A stretch of DNA of 64,000 bases from Hydrolagus colliei (taxonomy: Eukaryota), in NCBI GenBank assembly GCA_035084275.1, contig CM068755.1, forward strand, positions 8,680,001 through 8,744,000, read 5' to 3'. Below are positions 24,001 through 37,400 of this stretch, one piece after another. Below the pieces are notes generated by a model. The model did not search any database. It saw nothing but the letters and a program-made list of their open reading frames with translations, and was not told the origin of the DNA. The position numbers and the translations under genes are program-made. How positions within the stretch are numbered: position 1 is the first letter of the stretch; the number at the start of each line of letters is the position of its first letter.

Positions 24001-26285
24001 GGGGTAGAACAGCTGAAAGCTTGTCTAATGATTATGGGTGGATCCAGCAGGATGCAAGGCAGACTGAACAGCTCTCGAAGACACTATTCTGCATTGAAGG
24101 CCACTATATAAATTCAAGATTTTGTGGTGGTTCTGATTGCTCCCCTCATCAGATCAACCAAAATCAAGCTGCCTGTTCAGATGGATGTTAAAATTACCAT
24201 TTGTGGGACCTACCATGCATTGTTCGTGCAGTCACCAACAACTTGCATTTTTATTGCCTTAGGGTAGCATAGCATCTCAGAGCAAATTTACAATGATGGG
24301 GTCGGACCCAAGCAATCACCACTCTTGACACCAATTATCTATGAAGTACTTCAGACATTATATCAGACATTAGATTGAATACAAGATTTATTACTCAGCG
24401 GTTCAGATTAATATCTGCATTTGGTAAATTGATGAGGATGAATTGATGAACAATATTTTCAAAACTTCAGTAAAGAGTCACTAAATTGTTAAAGGGCAGC
24501 TATGATTTCATGAAATCCAAATAGTGCTTTCAATGGAATGTACATCACAGGCCTGAAACGATTCACAGGCTAAGCCTTAAGAGTTAAGATGTAAGATTCT
24601 GTAGAAACGTGGAAAATTCTTCATTTTACTTCAGGAGCTCAGGAATCATTTTCCATTTCATAAGCCAGAGCATGCTGAGGCCAATTTAGCACCCAAGTTT
24701 TTGACCTGATTAAGATCAGTTAACTCATCAGAGATTATGTGTGTTCTTGTTTAGTAATTATCTGGTAAATGAATTGAGGGATAATTAGGAAAATTGGTTT
24801 GGGTTTTTCTTTTTAAAAAAAACAACTTTGTTAACATTGGTCTCGGCGGTTAGCAAACAAGATCTTTTGTGAATGAGGGATGAGATGTTTTGCTACAACA
24901 CACTGTTTTGCATTCATCAAATATGGCCTAAGAATGTTGAAATACTGTCGAAGTGCAGATAGCTATTAAGGGAGACAGGTCACGATTGGAGAGAGACCTG
25001 ACTAAATAGGGATGCAACGAGCAATTGACAGCAACAGTGTTATCACACTTGTAAACAAATGTCGACGTTATTTGCGCAAACTGGGCAAAACACATAAACA
25101 CATAAAACAAACGCATCTGTTATTTGTTTAATTCACTCTGAGACAGAAGGCCAACTTCTTTTTCGCCTCCACGTCGGGTGTAAAAATCGAGAGGAATGAC
25201 TTGGTGAATGGTTTCTCGGTTTGTTTACTATTTTTTTTTGGGGGGGGGGGGTGGGGGGTTAGGAAGGGGGTTTGTTTATTACAAATGTGACTGGAAATCC
25301 AAGGTCGGAAGATACTCTCAATTGAAGGAACAGATCATCAGCCTTACCTACTTTCTGATCAAACCCTAACTTTACGAAAAAGAGAGAGAAAAAAACAATT
25401 AAAAAATCGCACCGGATTGAAACGTTTTATTTTGCCTTACACCCCCGCCCCAACACACACAAAAACTGTCAACGCGGCACTTGGTGTCAGTGTGCCGCGA
25501 TTTGCTCCTGAATTCGATTAGTTTACATTTCAATGGGAGAGGGGAGGGGAGGGAGAGGAAAGAAAGAAATCAACTGAGCTCCTTTTTTTTTGCATTTGCA
25601 ACTTTTTAAGTGCGCCTGAATGGTGAATGCTGTTAAATAGGCGGCTTGAAAACACACGGCAGTTTCCCCCACCAACCAACCCACCCACCCCTCGCTCCCC
25701 TCCCCCATTCATAGCCTGTAAGGCGTGAACAATTTTTTCTCTGGCAGAACCGCACATGCTTTAGTCCGTGCCTCCATCCACCACAAAGGGAATGAAACGG
25801 GCCAGAAAATGCTATTCTGTGCATTCAGCCCAGTTAGCCACTGAGCGAACATCTGAGAGGAACGATTCAAACCCCCAGTTCGTGTTTGCAGGGGCGAAAT
25901 ATAATCCCACAGCCAATCCTCTGCTGTTTAAGGCTGAATGGGGGCAGCCCCTAGTGATGACTTGAGAATTCCACATTCTCCGAGTGTGTGTATGTATAAA
26001 TATATGTAGGGGAAAAAATGACATTAGTGCAGGAATGTCGAAATAAAAAAATAAGTCCGAATTTTCTTTGCCAGTGTGGACTTGGCAGCAACTCCCGAGC
26101 CTGTAGAGTGGTTACTGTGTTATGGTTTGCTCCCCCTACTGATTTAAAACCAAATAGGGAAGGAGGGGGGTTGGGGGGGGGAGTGTGTGTGTGGGGGGGA
26201 GTCAGGGAGACCACACATGTTGCAGTTTTCTTACATTTATAAACATTTGATCCAGTATGTGACGTGAAGATTGCCCAAAAAATGA

Positions 26286-26299
26286 GTTACTATGGCAAT
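26286..26299. promoter_or_regulatory. RFX X-box-like motif upstream of the GAS1-like gene
   Basis: GTTACTATGGCAAT versus GTTRCCATGGYAAC. Nearby CRE-like TGACGTGA (~26260) and inverted CCAAT (~26381). Confidence 0.45.
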
Positions 26300-27296
26300 G
26301 GATTCCAGGCTGCAATCCTAAACTGATCAATCCCAGACCGGTGAGAATGAAAAAAAAAGGGAATGTTTTTTTGGTGGTGGATTGGGGAAAAGAGAGGGGG
26401 CAGAGAGGAGAGGACGGCCAGGGAAGTTGGGGGTGGAAAAGGAGAAGGGGGGAGGGGGGGGGGGGGTGGAAGAGAGAGTGAGTGAGTGAGTGAGTGAGAG
26501 AGGGAGAGAGAGTAAAGCTAAATCAAGCGTGAAGTGGAACAGTGGAACAAAGCTGCAGGTAGGTTAGAAAGAGAGCAGGAGAGAGTGAGACTGTGAGAAA
26601 GAGTGAGGAAGCATTTGCATCTCACAAAACCGCGACAAATTAATGTTCTATGCGGGATGTTGTGATCGAAGCAGTGTGGACAAAAGGGGACAGGGAGGGG
26701 GGGAAATCCAGGGTTAGAGAGAAAGAGAGAGAGAGAAAGGAGTAGTGTGTGTGTGTGTGTGGGGGGGGGGGTAAATTTGCTTACTGGCTGCACAGATTCC
26801 GGATAATACCCTGTGGGACACTAGCTCACACTTAACTGGAAAAGACTCGGGAGTTCGGGAGGAAGAGAAAAAAAAGCAACAGCAGTGGTAACTTTATTTT
26901 AAGGGCAGGCGCGGGTTGACCAAGGAAGTTAGACGGAAAAGTGTGTGGGGGGGGGGGGGGGGGGGAGGGAGAGAAGAAAAAGAAGAGGGTGGGGGGGGAA
27001 TGCGATTTTTCTCTTTTATATATAAAGAAGAGAGCGAGAGAAGAGGGTTTTTTTTCTCTTCGCTGTGATGCGAGTCGGAAAGGATTTTGTTTTGCAAGGC
27101 GACCTTGTTTAGCTCACAGTGGGAAGAGACTGGGTGAACATGGTTGAGTTGGGGTTTGATTCGAGGTGAGAAAGAGACAGAGAAGGGAGGAAGGAGTGGA
27201 GAAGGGAGGGAAAGAGAGAAAGGGAGAAGGGGGGAGAGAGGGAGAGAGAGAGGTAGGGGAATTGAATGGGGCCGTGGAAGGAATTGGCTTGAGAGA

Positions 27297-28136
27297 ATGA
27301 TCCGCGCTATCGAGGTGGTTTGGTACATGTTGTCGACTGTGACTTGGCTGAGCTCGGGAGCTGGGGGGCAACATGTTTGTTGGCAAGCGCTGCTTCGATG
27401 CCAGGAGGAGAAGGAGTGCAAATGGGCTTACAACCAATACACCACCGCCTGCGATTCCTTCCTGAAAGGAGCGAGGAAGCAATGCCCGAGCCACTGCATA
27501 GGAGCCTTGGTCAAACTCAACCAAACGCACAACGGACCCGACTTGGAAAGCTGCGACTGCGGGCAGGACGTACAATGCAGGCGGGCCAAGCGAGCCATCG
27601 AGCCGTGTATGCCCAGGAGGTACCGAGCCGATTCTGCCGACCCGTCCGATCTGGGATGCACCGAAGCCCGGCAGCGCTGCGAGGAGGAGTCGGTGTGTCA
27701 CAGCGCCATGAAGCGCTATCTGTCCAACTGCGGGCAGCTCTTCAACGGCAGGAGATGCACCTACCAGTGCAGGACCACCATTCAGTACTTGCTCTCCATC
27801 CCCACCGGGGTCTCGCTCAACACGTGTGTCTGCGACGGCGTCGAGAGACCTTTCTGTGAGGTGGTGAAGGACAACATGCACAGGTTTTGTGCCATCAATG
27901 GCCAGACGGTCTTCACGGCTGTACCGGGGCCGGGATCAGGACCGGGACCGGGTCCGGAGTCGGAGGAGAATTACTATTACGAGGATTACGATATGAACAA
28001 AACGGATCTAAAGCCCGAGAGAAGCGGTGAAGCGGACACGCGGACTAACGGCTCCTCCAGCGCCCATCACCATCACCTCCACCATCTCCACACGTGGCTA
28101 CTCCTGCCCCCGCTCCTGGTATTGTGGTTTCCATAA
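27297..28136 (+). CDS. GAS1: Growth arrest-specific protein 1-like (GAS1 paralogue, gas1b-type), intronless, predicted GPI-anchored, 279 aa
   Basis: First in-frame ATG at 27297 is followed by a signal-peptide-like segment. Two GDNF/GAS1 domains with 10 Cys each (CWQALLRCQEE..CPSHCIGAL..LESCDC; GCTEAR..YLSNCGQLFNGRRCT..CVCDGVERPFCE.VK.NM.RFC). Hydrophobic C-terminus WLLLPPLLVLWFP; CpG-rich. The TTG start at 27144 in the ORF track runs through a GA-rich UTR. Confidence 0.92.
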   Translation: MIRAIEVVWYMLSTVTWLSSGAGGQHVCWQALLRCQEEKECKWAYNQYTTACDSFLKGARKQCPSHCIGALVKLNQTHNGPDLESCDCGQDVQCRRAKRAIEPCMPRRYRADSADPSDLGCTEARQRCEEESVCHSAMKRYLSNCGQLFNGRRCTYQCRTTIQYLLSIPTGVSLNTCVCDGVERPFCEVVKDNMHRFCAINGQTVFTAVPGPGSGPGPGPESEENYYYEDYDMNKTDLKPERSGEADTRTNGSSSAHHHHLHHLHTWLLLPPLLVLWFP

Positions 28137-28955
28137 GACTTTTTTTTTATTTGCTTGTACACACAATTTATTTCGAGGTGTAATTTTTTTTTGTGTGTAT
28201 GTGTGTCATTGTCCATGTCAGTCCCTCTAGGTGTGTGTGTGTGTCTGTCTGTCTGTCTGTCTCCCTCTTGAAACCATTTGCTCTACTCTCTCCAGCAATG
28301 TGTCATGGTGTTTGTTTACTAAACATTACTGGGCTAAACCACACTGATCATCCGAGGCGTCAGATCCCGAGACCATCACACTGTCCTGTCTGTCTGTGGT
28401 TTTTTAAATATATATATATATATTCCTGACCTAGTTTTCCCTTTCAAGAGTCCGCCCCCACCCCCCACCCCAACGGTTTTAGTTTCGAAAGAGTAAATTC
28501 CTGCAGCACACTCCCACCTCCTCACAACACACTTGTCCCCAGAACTTTTAAATTATCAAACGATCTTAAGACGCATCGTTAAAAACACCTAATAAACAAT
28601 CATAAACCGCCCCCCAAAATATCATCCAACAAAAGCGATTCATATCAATAGAGAAGGATCAAAAACTCGTGATAAGGTTTTTTTAAAAAAAATCATAACT
28701 TTTGGAAGACTTATTAGCCATTGTATGGGTGTCGTCTCCCAGAAATTGCCTTAACTGATGAGAAAGAACATTTCATCAACAATGAAAGCCACCGTGGTGT
28801 GTGTGTGGGGGGGATAAACATAAACCCATTCCTCTTACATGTTAGGTTTGTATTGTTTGTGTGTTTCGCCCCTAATTGTTTTGTATATAAAAAGATTCAA
28901 AACTTTTTTTTTGGGACAGTTATTTATGTTGACAACTAATACTTTTTGTTCGGGA

Positions 28956-28961
28956 AATAAA
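28956..28961 (+). terminator. Probable polyadenylation signal of the GAS1-like gene
   Basis: AATAAA after an AU-rich 3' UTR, followed by T/GT-rich sequence. Confidence 0.55.
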
Positions 28962-31900
28962 ACCAGAAACAGTTTTTGTATCAGTTTGTTTCTCTCACTG
29001 AATTAATGAACGAACGAACGCACGCACGAATGCTAACTTGTAGCATCTGTTTTTAAACAAATTGACAAAATTGCCGAATAATTAAAAAAACACCCCAAAA
29101 ATCCTTTTGTCAAATTGCATCGCTTGACAGTCGCCCCTTCACTTTTGTTTCTTTTTAAACCTTGGGTCTTTTCGTTGTTTTTTTTAAAAATAAAAAAAAT
29201 ACCCTTTAGGTTCTTTTAAAATATAGTATTAAAATAAACACAGCAGCCATAATGCGTGGGTGCTGCAGGATCGTGCCATGTATTAAACATCAGAGGAGAA
29301 AGTTTACATTGGAAGGAGGTAATGTTTTTGCATTATATAAACAGTTAGAAAGTGAAACAACCCTCTGGAAAGAGAGTGTGTGTGTGGGGGGGGGGGGGGG
29401 GGCGGCAAGATTCACTAGCAAAACTGGAGAATATTCTGCTGTTTGTGTGTGTGTGGGTGGGTGGGGGGCAATGTTTGGGATTATCTCGCAGGTTTAATGT
29501 AGAATAAGATAAGTCAATTATCATTTCGGCCAAAAGGAGGGGCTTATTTAGTTTTTACAATGAACCATTCATTAATGCAGGCAGTGAGGAGAGAGAGAAG
29601 GGGGAGGGGATCTTTCTAAAAATGAGGTCTTTGTGTCTAAGGGGAAGAGTGTTGTGAGACTCTGGTGAAAAGAATCTGTTCGCAATTAGCTTTTATAGCC
29701 CGCATTAACTTCTGTTTTTCTTTCGGTCTCATATTATTAAAAAAAAGTGGCGCCGTGTTTTGCAGACCGAATCAATACTGGACTCATTCATTGCTAAACT
29801 AACCCGGGCAATAGTTCAGCCTTTTTTATACACAATATCCCAGACTTGATCTCTGGTCCGCAGGAGGGAAACACCAGATCCTTAATGTTTTTATTGCAAA
29901 GGAAACTTTGATTAAATTACTCACAGCACTGCCCCTCCACCCCCCCCCCACCCCAAATCATTGATTCCAAAAGGATTCTTGATTTAAAAAATAAAATAAA
30001 TTCAAATTTGTCTTAGAATTTACATCATCTCCAGTCCTTCCAGGTGATTTTCTTTTCTTTTTTCAAAACAAAATTGAAACTTTTGCGGAGTGTTGCTGAG
30101 TTTATTTGCGGTCATGCAAAGAATGGGGATTTGGAGCGGGTGAGAATGTGCTGTTTAAATGCAATGAAAAGCACAAATAGTAGGTTTGGTGTTGATGATA
30201 ATAATTATAATCCTTGCATTTGATGTCGCACCTTATCGCGCCTTCGAGATGTCCCAAAGCACTTCACGGAATATACTGTAAAGTGAATTGACTGTATATT
30301 TTGTGGGTAAAACTCAGTCATACGGATGTTTCATTGATTTCACAGAATCATCAATGTTTAAAGTATGTAAAGATGTTTCCCTCTTGGGAATCTGAAACCC
30401 ACAGGCTGAGGGTTACTTGAGGTGAGAGATTCACTAGAGATGTAAAAAGGTTTGAATTACCATTTCCAGAGTACAGATGTCAGAAGTGTTTATATACATC
30501 AATTTATATAGTGTTTTTTTTTAAAAAAACTTCCAGGGAGATTTTATTGACTCACTAAAAGTGATGGTAATCACACCTGAAAGAATACAACACAGAAACT
30601 ATTGGAATTTCAATTTTGGAAGAATTGCATTGCGCAAAATACTAGCGAGTGTATTGGAAGCTTGTTCCAGTTGTACAAAGATAATGCAGAATATAATTGA
30701 TGCACCTACCCTCCATTTGAGTTTAGATTTTAACAGTACCGGAGATTTTTTTTGATTAAATGTACCAAATCGTGGCCTAATGAAGTGACAATCTGAAATC
30801 TAGTATTTTTGGGGGGAAAAAGAAAATTGATTGGAATATACTTGGTGCTTCCATCACTGGTTTGAGGAGAGTGGTGGGGGGTGGGTGGGGGGAGAGGGAG
30901 GGGTCATTCACCAATCCAATCTAAACAGTTTGGTGAAGCTCTCAAGAGAAGTGTGGGAATTGATTAAACACTTCAAATGACTCCTTCAGATAATAAGGTC
31001 AGACTATTTATAGAGGAGAGATATCGTCAACATAAGTGTCAAGTGGGTCTCGTTTTGTCATTCAAATAAGCTGACAAACAAGGCCGGCTCATCCTGGCCC
31101 CAAGTCTCTGAACCCAGGGATCCAACCTTATTGTTCGGTGTGAGAAAATGATTTGGGGGGTCGCCCTCTCTTACAAACGCTTCTTAAGTTTTATGAAGAT
31201 ATTTTGGCTGCACAAGTCGCCTGCACATTATCTTACAAAGAGATTTTGCCTCTTTTTTTAAAAAAAAAGGCAGCCCGGTTCCCTGGCACAATGAGTGAGG
31301 AAACCTCACCATTAACTACAGCTACAGAGATCTTAGCGTTCCAAATCAGCACAACCATTCAAGCACTTTATTATTCAAAGCAAGAGATATGTGGCACAGT
31401 AACATTTATATGTACTGTCCTTTTGTGAAATATGAAATAATGTTTAACAGAATGCATTCGGACCAGTTTTGAAGATTGACACTTTTTTTGTCTAAAGTGG
31501 AATCCATTTTAAGGTCCGCACACAAGGGTAGTTTGTTCTGGGTGATATTTTGTGAGAAAAAAGTTTGAAAACTGGAGGAAAAGTTTTCCTTGTCCTCTTC
31601 CTCTCTGTCCTCTGATTGGTCATTTGCTGTTTATGGCTAGGAAAATATCTTGTAAGAGTTAACTTCCCAAAAGCTTTTTGTTTAGACCAATTCCCCAGGC
31701 TTTTTATACTTTTTCTGCTCCAGATGTTTGTCTAATTCCCTTTTAAAAGCCACTACGGATTCTACTTTGACTATTGTTTTTGGTACAAATAATCCTCTGT
31801 GTAAAAGAAAAATTCCAATAGTATGCAAACCCAAAGCAGTCCCCCTCACAGAGTTAAGCATCCATGGATAGAATGAGTTATTTAACCTGGCACCAACTTA

Positions 31901-32932
31901 CTTTTTTTTTGAAAATCAACATGTGTTGAAACAATCACTTCACTACAGCAGCTTGCATTTACACAGCATCTTTCATATGGGATGACTGTCTCGAGGTTCT
32001 TCACCAAGACAGATGGGGACTATAGAACAAGGAGGAAATGGGGGAAGGGAATTTAAGAATGCTGACCCAAGATATAAGTCTTAAAAATGCATTTTTAAGA
32101 CAGTTTGGAGATGTAAGACTTCAGGTATATATTTATATATACACTATTTATTTATACATATATATGTATGTAGATTTAGATTTCATATTTGACTCTATGG
32201 GCTAAATAATTGGTTACTCAATCCACAACTGTTTGTGGAGCATTGCTGTGTGCAATTGGCTGCCACGTTTCGCCCACAACTGTACAGTCAATTAACTTTA
32301 CAGTGTATTCTGCGAAGCGCTTTGAGAAGACGTGATAAGTGCTATATCAAATACAAAGATTATTATTATAGTGGGTGGTTAATTTTAAATATTATATAGA
32401 CCAAATTGTAATTAAAGGCTCTGTACTGGCCTCTTGGTTAAAGGCATTGGACCATCCAGATCCAAGGGTATCAAAATCAACTCTGGGGCTAAGATAGCTG
32501 ATATCACACCCTCATGCAAGGCAGTGTCTCAGAGGTCCAAAGGCATCCCAGCAGGAATGACAATTCAAGCCTCTGAGATGCCAATCACATGGAGGGTATA
32601 ATACAGAATTATTGAAATTGGGGCATCCTGTAGTAGAGGAGGTAGTGGTGGGGGGGGTGGGGGGGTAAGAGTGCCACTGATCAGAAAGTACAACACACTC
32701 CTTTTTCATTCAACAAACAGTGGCACAGAGGTGGTGACCCAAGTACATTCTTAGCCCGATTCTTAGTCAATCACCTGCACGCCTGAGGCTATTATAGCCA
32801 CTACTGCAATGTATGGTTAATGCTGAGATTCGTGAGATATCTGCTGCTCATAGTATATTGTGCACTTTGTTATTTAATCTTGACTGCATCCACTGTGTTG
32901 CAACAAGCACTGCCCCATCACGGTGCATAGTA

Positions 32933-33240
32933 GAGTCCTGTAGCTCTGTGTTTAGAGCACTCGCCTTGCAAGTGAGAGACCAGGGCTTGATTCCCGGCCG
33001 GGCGAAACCTTGGGCAAGTTTCCTTACTCTACACGGCTGATAATAATCCCTCGCAAAAAACAAAAACAATAATAATTTGGTCACTTCAATCCTTGTTTGT
33101 GGGACACTGCTGTACCCAATTGGCTGCCATGTTTCTCCCACAAAATATAGTCACTATACTTTACAGTATATTCTGTGAAGCGCTTCGAGATATCTAAAAG
33201 ACATGAAATGCATTGTATGTTGCAAGGATTTTTTTTATTA
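32933..33240 (+). mobile_element. Full-length tRNA-derived SINE
   Basis: gagtcctgtagctc head and family body. Further partial copies at ~5505-5645, 9985-10090, 10225-10330, 30195-30310(-), 32205-32370, 36265-36375(-), 48915-49275(-), 51455-51660(-), 56298-56405(-), 59775-59940(-). Confidence 0.88.
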
Positions 33241-34413
33241 GGCGATCAGTAGACTTTGTGAAATGTGTAGACCACTCATCAGCTCATTTATCCAATGGAA
33301 AACGGATTGAATTGAGTAATATGACGAAGTCATGTCAATGTGAAGGTAACCTTTTTTTTAATACATATTGGGAAAGCATCAAATGATTTGCTCACATCAG
33401 CTTCCAGATCAATTTTAGATACAATAACGGACTGATTCAGTCGCTAAAATTCAGATGCATTAAATTGCCCGGTGGCATTAATCCTAAACATTGAATTAAG
33501 TTACTTTACCGCCTGAGTTAACATTAATAAAAGCAAGTCCTCCAATGAACTCTGCATCAAATGTAGTGTAAAATCCAATCCATTTACAGGAGGGTCATTG
33601 TTCAAAACCCTCAGGAAAGCAGGTATAGAAATTCACAGACGTTGCTGAATTGTGAATGATGTTTAACTTAATTCTGGTAGCATTGTCAGGACCATGAAGG
33701 AGCCTGCGGCTATACTACCATGCACAGGCACACTGCTACTGATTGGATTCTATCTAACGGGTATTTTAACAATACCAGAAAGCAAATTTACCACGCAAAT
33801 TTACCATGCAATACCAGAAAGCAACTTTGAACAACAAAGCCTAACATAGGCTGATATGAAATATTACCCCTTGGCAGTCGGGTGGGTGGTGTACGTCCTC
33901 CCGACGTGAAAGGCGCTCTATAAATGTAAATTGTTGTTGTTGTTGTTAATGTATCTGCGAATTGCGAGCTATTAATGCATTAATTTAATGTCCTAAATGC
34001 GCAAAAGGTCATGTACTTGGGCCTAACATGCAGTGATTGCTAATGGGATTCCTTAATAAAACAAAGTACTGTACATTACACTGACTGTGGGAATCCCGTT
34101 CGATGCCTTCTATTTTCAGAGAGGAATTCCCATGGGTTGGTGTGACGCACTTCCAGTTTCCAGAAGGAGCTCCTCACTCAGGTTTATTTTAATAGAGGAA
34201 TTTGATTAGAAATCATCCTGTATTAGACCCATTCATTTCTACAGGCAATATTTCTTGTACCCGTTTGCTTTGTGATAGTCAGTCTTTTCTCTGGTAAAAC
34301 GGTGGCCATAATACCGAACTGCACACTTCACCGATAGAGGGATGTCCGCTGAGCTCAGAACAAGGTGATAACATCCATGGCTGATCAGTGAGATTCCACT
34401 CCACCCGTAGTTA

Positions 34414-37400
34414 TCACTGCAGTGAACAGCCTGAAAAACCAATTCACATTATGTATTAAAAATATACAACAATAATCTTCTCATTTGATACAACGCCTAC
34501 AAAGTCAAAAGGTCTCAAAACGCTTCATAGATCATTGCTATCAAGTTTGGTGACTGTGTATTGGTAGACAAAGTCTGCAACTGTGTTGCACAAAGCAAGT
34601 CGTTGTGAATGACCAATTTATCTGCAGGACTGTTGGTCGGGATTCTGGGAGATGGCGCCTCCTCTTTTCGAATTGTGTCGTGGGATCTTTTTCATCCAAC
34701 CAAAAACGCGGACAAGACTTCAGTTTAAATGTTTCATCCAAAAGAGCGGCACCTCTGACAATGTAGCACTCACACCGGTGGTGCAATAGAACGTTAACGT
34801 ATACTGTTATCTTAATATGCGGTGAGGGTGTGGTGGGATGGCATGGGTCTCCGTTACTTCTTTTATTGTGTGCAAATTTTCTACCCAAATTTTTTGATTC
34901 ATACCAGAGGGGTTGGATCCTGTATACCACCTATAGTGGCTTGCACAAGTGACTGTTTACTTGTGAACCCAGACAGTGATTATTTGCCTGTGGGCTGCAA
35001 CACAGACAAACAGATCCTATTCTCACCGGCGCCAACACATGCAGCACAATCCAGCAAAGGGTCTTGGGTATCAATAAAATACCTTAAATTCCATCTAATC
35101 TGAGCTTCTAAAGCCATTTGTCTTAAAATGTAAGATTGTGCAGAACTTTGAAAAATTCTTAAATTAAGTCTTTGTTGGGAAGCCAATTTTTTTTTAAAAA
35201 AGATGAACTGCAGAAAACAGTTCACTTCCGACTAGAGATGGAATGTAAGATTTTTCCATGGGATGAACGAGCTGCTTGCTTCTGTTCCTCAGGAAAGTAT
35301 GTGCAGAAATCCAGAAGACATTGCTGAATGGATTTGCTCCCAGGTCCTTAAGATGTCACGTTCCCAAGAAAGAACACTAAAATACAGTACCAGAAAAGAT
35401 TTGGTATACAGATAGTGCATTCCAGCTCAATATCCAACTTAAATCACACCAAAGTCAACCACTTAAACGTCCAACACAACCCATGCTTGAAAGTTGCATA
35501 ACAAGACCCTAGCAACTTAGTATTCATGTTATCAAGATTAGCTGTCCATTACTGTTTTTTGCTTCAACTTATTGAGTGTAATTCATACCAGATATGAGTC
35601 GCTTAACCCCTCAGACCTCCCATTCTCCTTGTCTGCTAGATTCTTCATTTCATCGCTCCCAACGCCAATCCCCAGTGTCCCTTTGCTCTGAGTCTTATGG
35701 AGTTTTCACCTTTTTTTAAAACTGTGGCCTCATCCAATTTTGCTTTCTCTTAAACTCCCATGAACAGCATTCCATAATCTGTGAGTGGCCTATCCTCCCA
35801 CCCTATCTACTTTACTGGGTTTTCTTCCTCGCTGGGGTCTGGTTTGCTGGATTTGAAAAACAGATTTACTGTGTTAATTTCAGATTTACTGCATTTTTGT
35901 TTTACATTCCAGCCTTTCTTTTTCCAGACTTTGTCGACTAGGGAATCCGTCATTTGTTGTAAGAGAATTTCATCATGAGTCCGACATTTACAAAACAGAT
36001 TTCGCAGTTAACCCAGCAAATCACCTTGGGAACATTTCAAATTAGACCCCAATGTGGATTGGAAATGCAAAGCAAGACACACAGATAAATATAGTATAAA
36101 TGAATAAATAAGTGTGTAAATATTAGACACATACAGGAAAAATTAGGCCTGCAGTTATTACTTTTTTTCTAGCGGAATAGCATTTTACAATGATGGTAGG
36201 AATCACAGCTCAGGGCCTTTTTGAGAGTATCAACTGAAAGCAAGATCAAAGATATAGGATTTTAATAATAATAATGCTTCCATTTGATATGGCGCCTTAT
36301 CACGTCTTCGAGACGTCTCAAAGCGCTTCACAGAATATACTGCAAAGTGTAGTGAATGTATATTAGATGGGTGAAATTTTACGAATTTTGTTGGGAGGGT
36401 GAAACTTGCACTAATAAAGCGCCTATAACTTATGGCAAAGAAAGGGATTTTGGGGAGGATTCAAGAGAGTTCGGGACACATCAGTATCGGGTGCGATGGC
36501 AGTGTGGATCAAAGTCTAGTTTGCTAACACCAGTAAACTCCACATTCTGTGCTTGAGATAGGAAATCGCATTATAACCCCTAAATGAAAAGAGTGCCACT
36601 GTTAGCAAATGGCTGCTGTTAGATCTCCTCCGGAATAAATCACAACGGAGATCCACATTTTCTTACCAGAATCCCGACATCTGGAAATTGGTGTGTCCGT
36701 TTTTTTCCTTCTTGCCACAGCCTTGTACAAAAGAGGCAATGCAATCCTGCTCCCTTCACCATAAACTGCTCCCCTCCCACCCTCCCTTTTCGTTTTTATT
36801 GAGAATAGGGCATTTCCTGACACCTGCAGTCACTGGATGTATGTGGGTGGAGAGCTAGGGCAGAGGCTATTGTTTGACCATTCAGCCTTGGCCACAAAGC
36901 TAACTGTTCTGTGACTAGCCGTGCTGACAGTGAGACAATGTCAGAGTTCAGGCATTGTCGGCTGCTCTGAATGCCCTGAGGGAGTTTACGAATTGACACG
37001 ATGCAGATGTTTTAAGGAGGACAGGGGGGTGCGGGAGAGGGAAGGATGAGGAGGAGGAGAGAAGAGGCTTTTGAAGTGCATTTATGTTTCAACTGCAGTC
37101 ATTCCCAATTAAACCAACATCACGATTGGTGTGAAGAAAATGGAGTTTATAGCCCACAGGGGGGTGGGGGGACGCGGAGAGGCAAGAATCTCAGGCTATA
37201 CTCTGACAAGCACACATGGACAGCATACGTTTATATGCAGAAACCTTACATGTATGGAGATGAATTAGAGGGCAGGAGAGTCGCAAAATGCACTTGTGTT
37301 TGAATGGAATAACCTACGATCCACACACCTATCAGCAATGCATTCTAATTCCATTTCAATCAGGTTACCAGGCCCCTGTCCCCCCATTCCAAAAACTGCC

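Noticed and set aside
27144-27296. N-terminal extension of the GAS1-like ORF from a TTG
   Set aside because: GA-rich low-complexity 5' UTR; the signal peptide follows the ATG at 27297.
27114-27881. 255-aa antisense ORF and 179-aa alternative-frame ORF over GAS1-like
   Set aside because: Shadow ORFs expected from GC-rich coding sequence.
33770-33825. Nested short duplications (aataccagaaagcaa, gcaaatttacca)
   Set aside because: Consistent with ordinary slippage or repair; no further structure.
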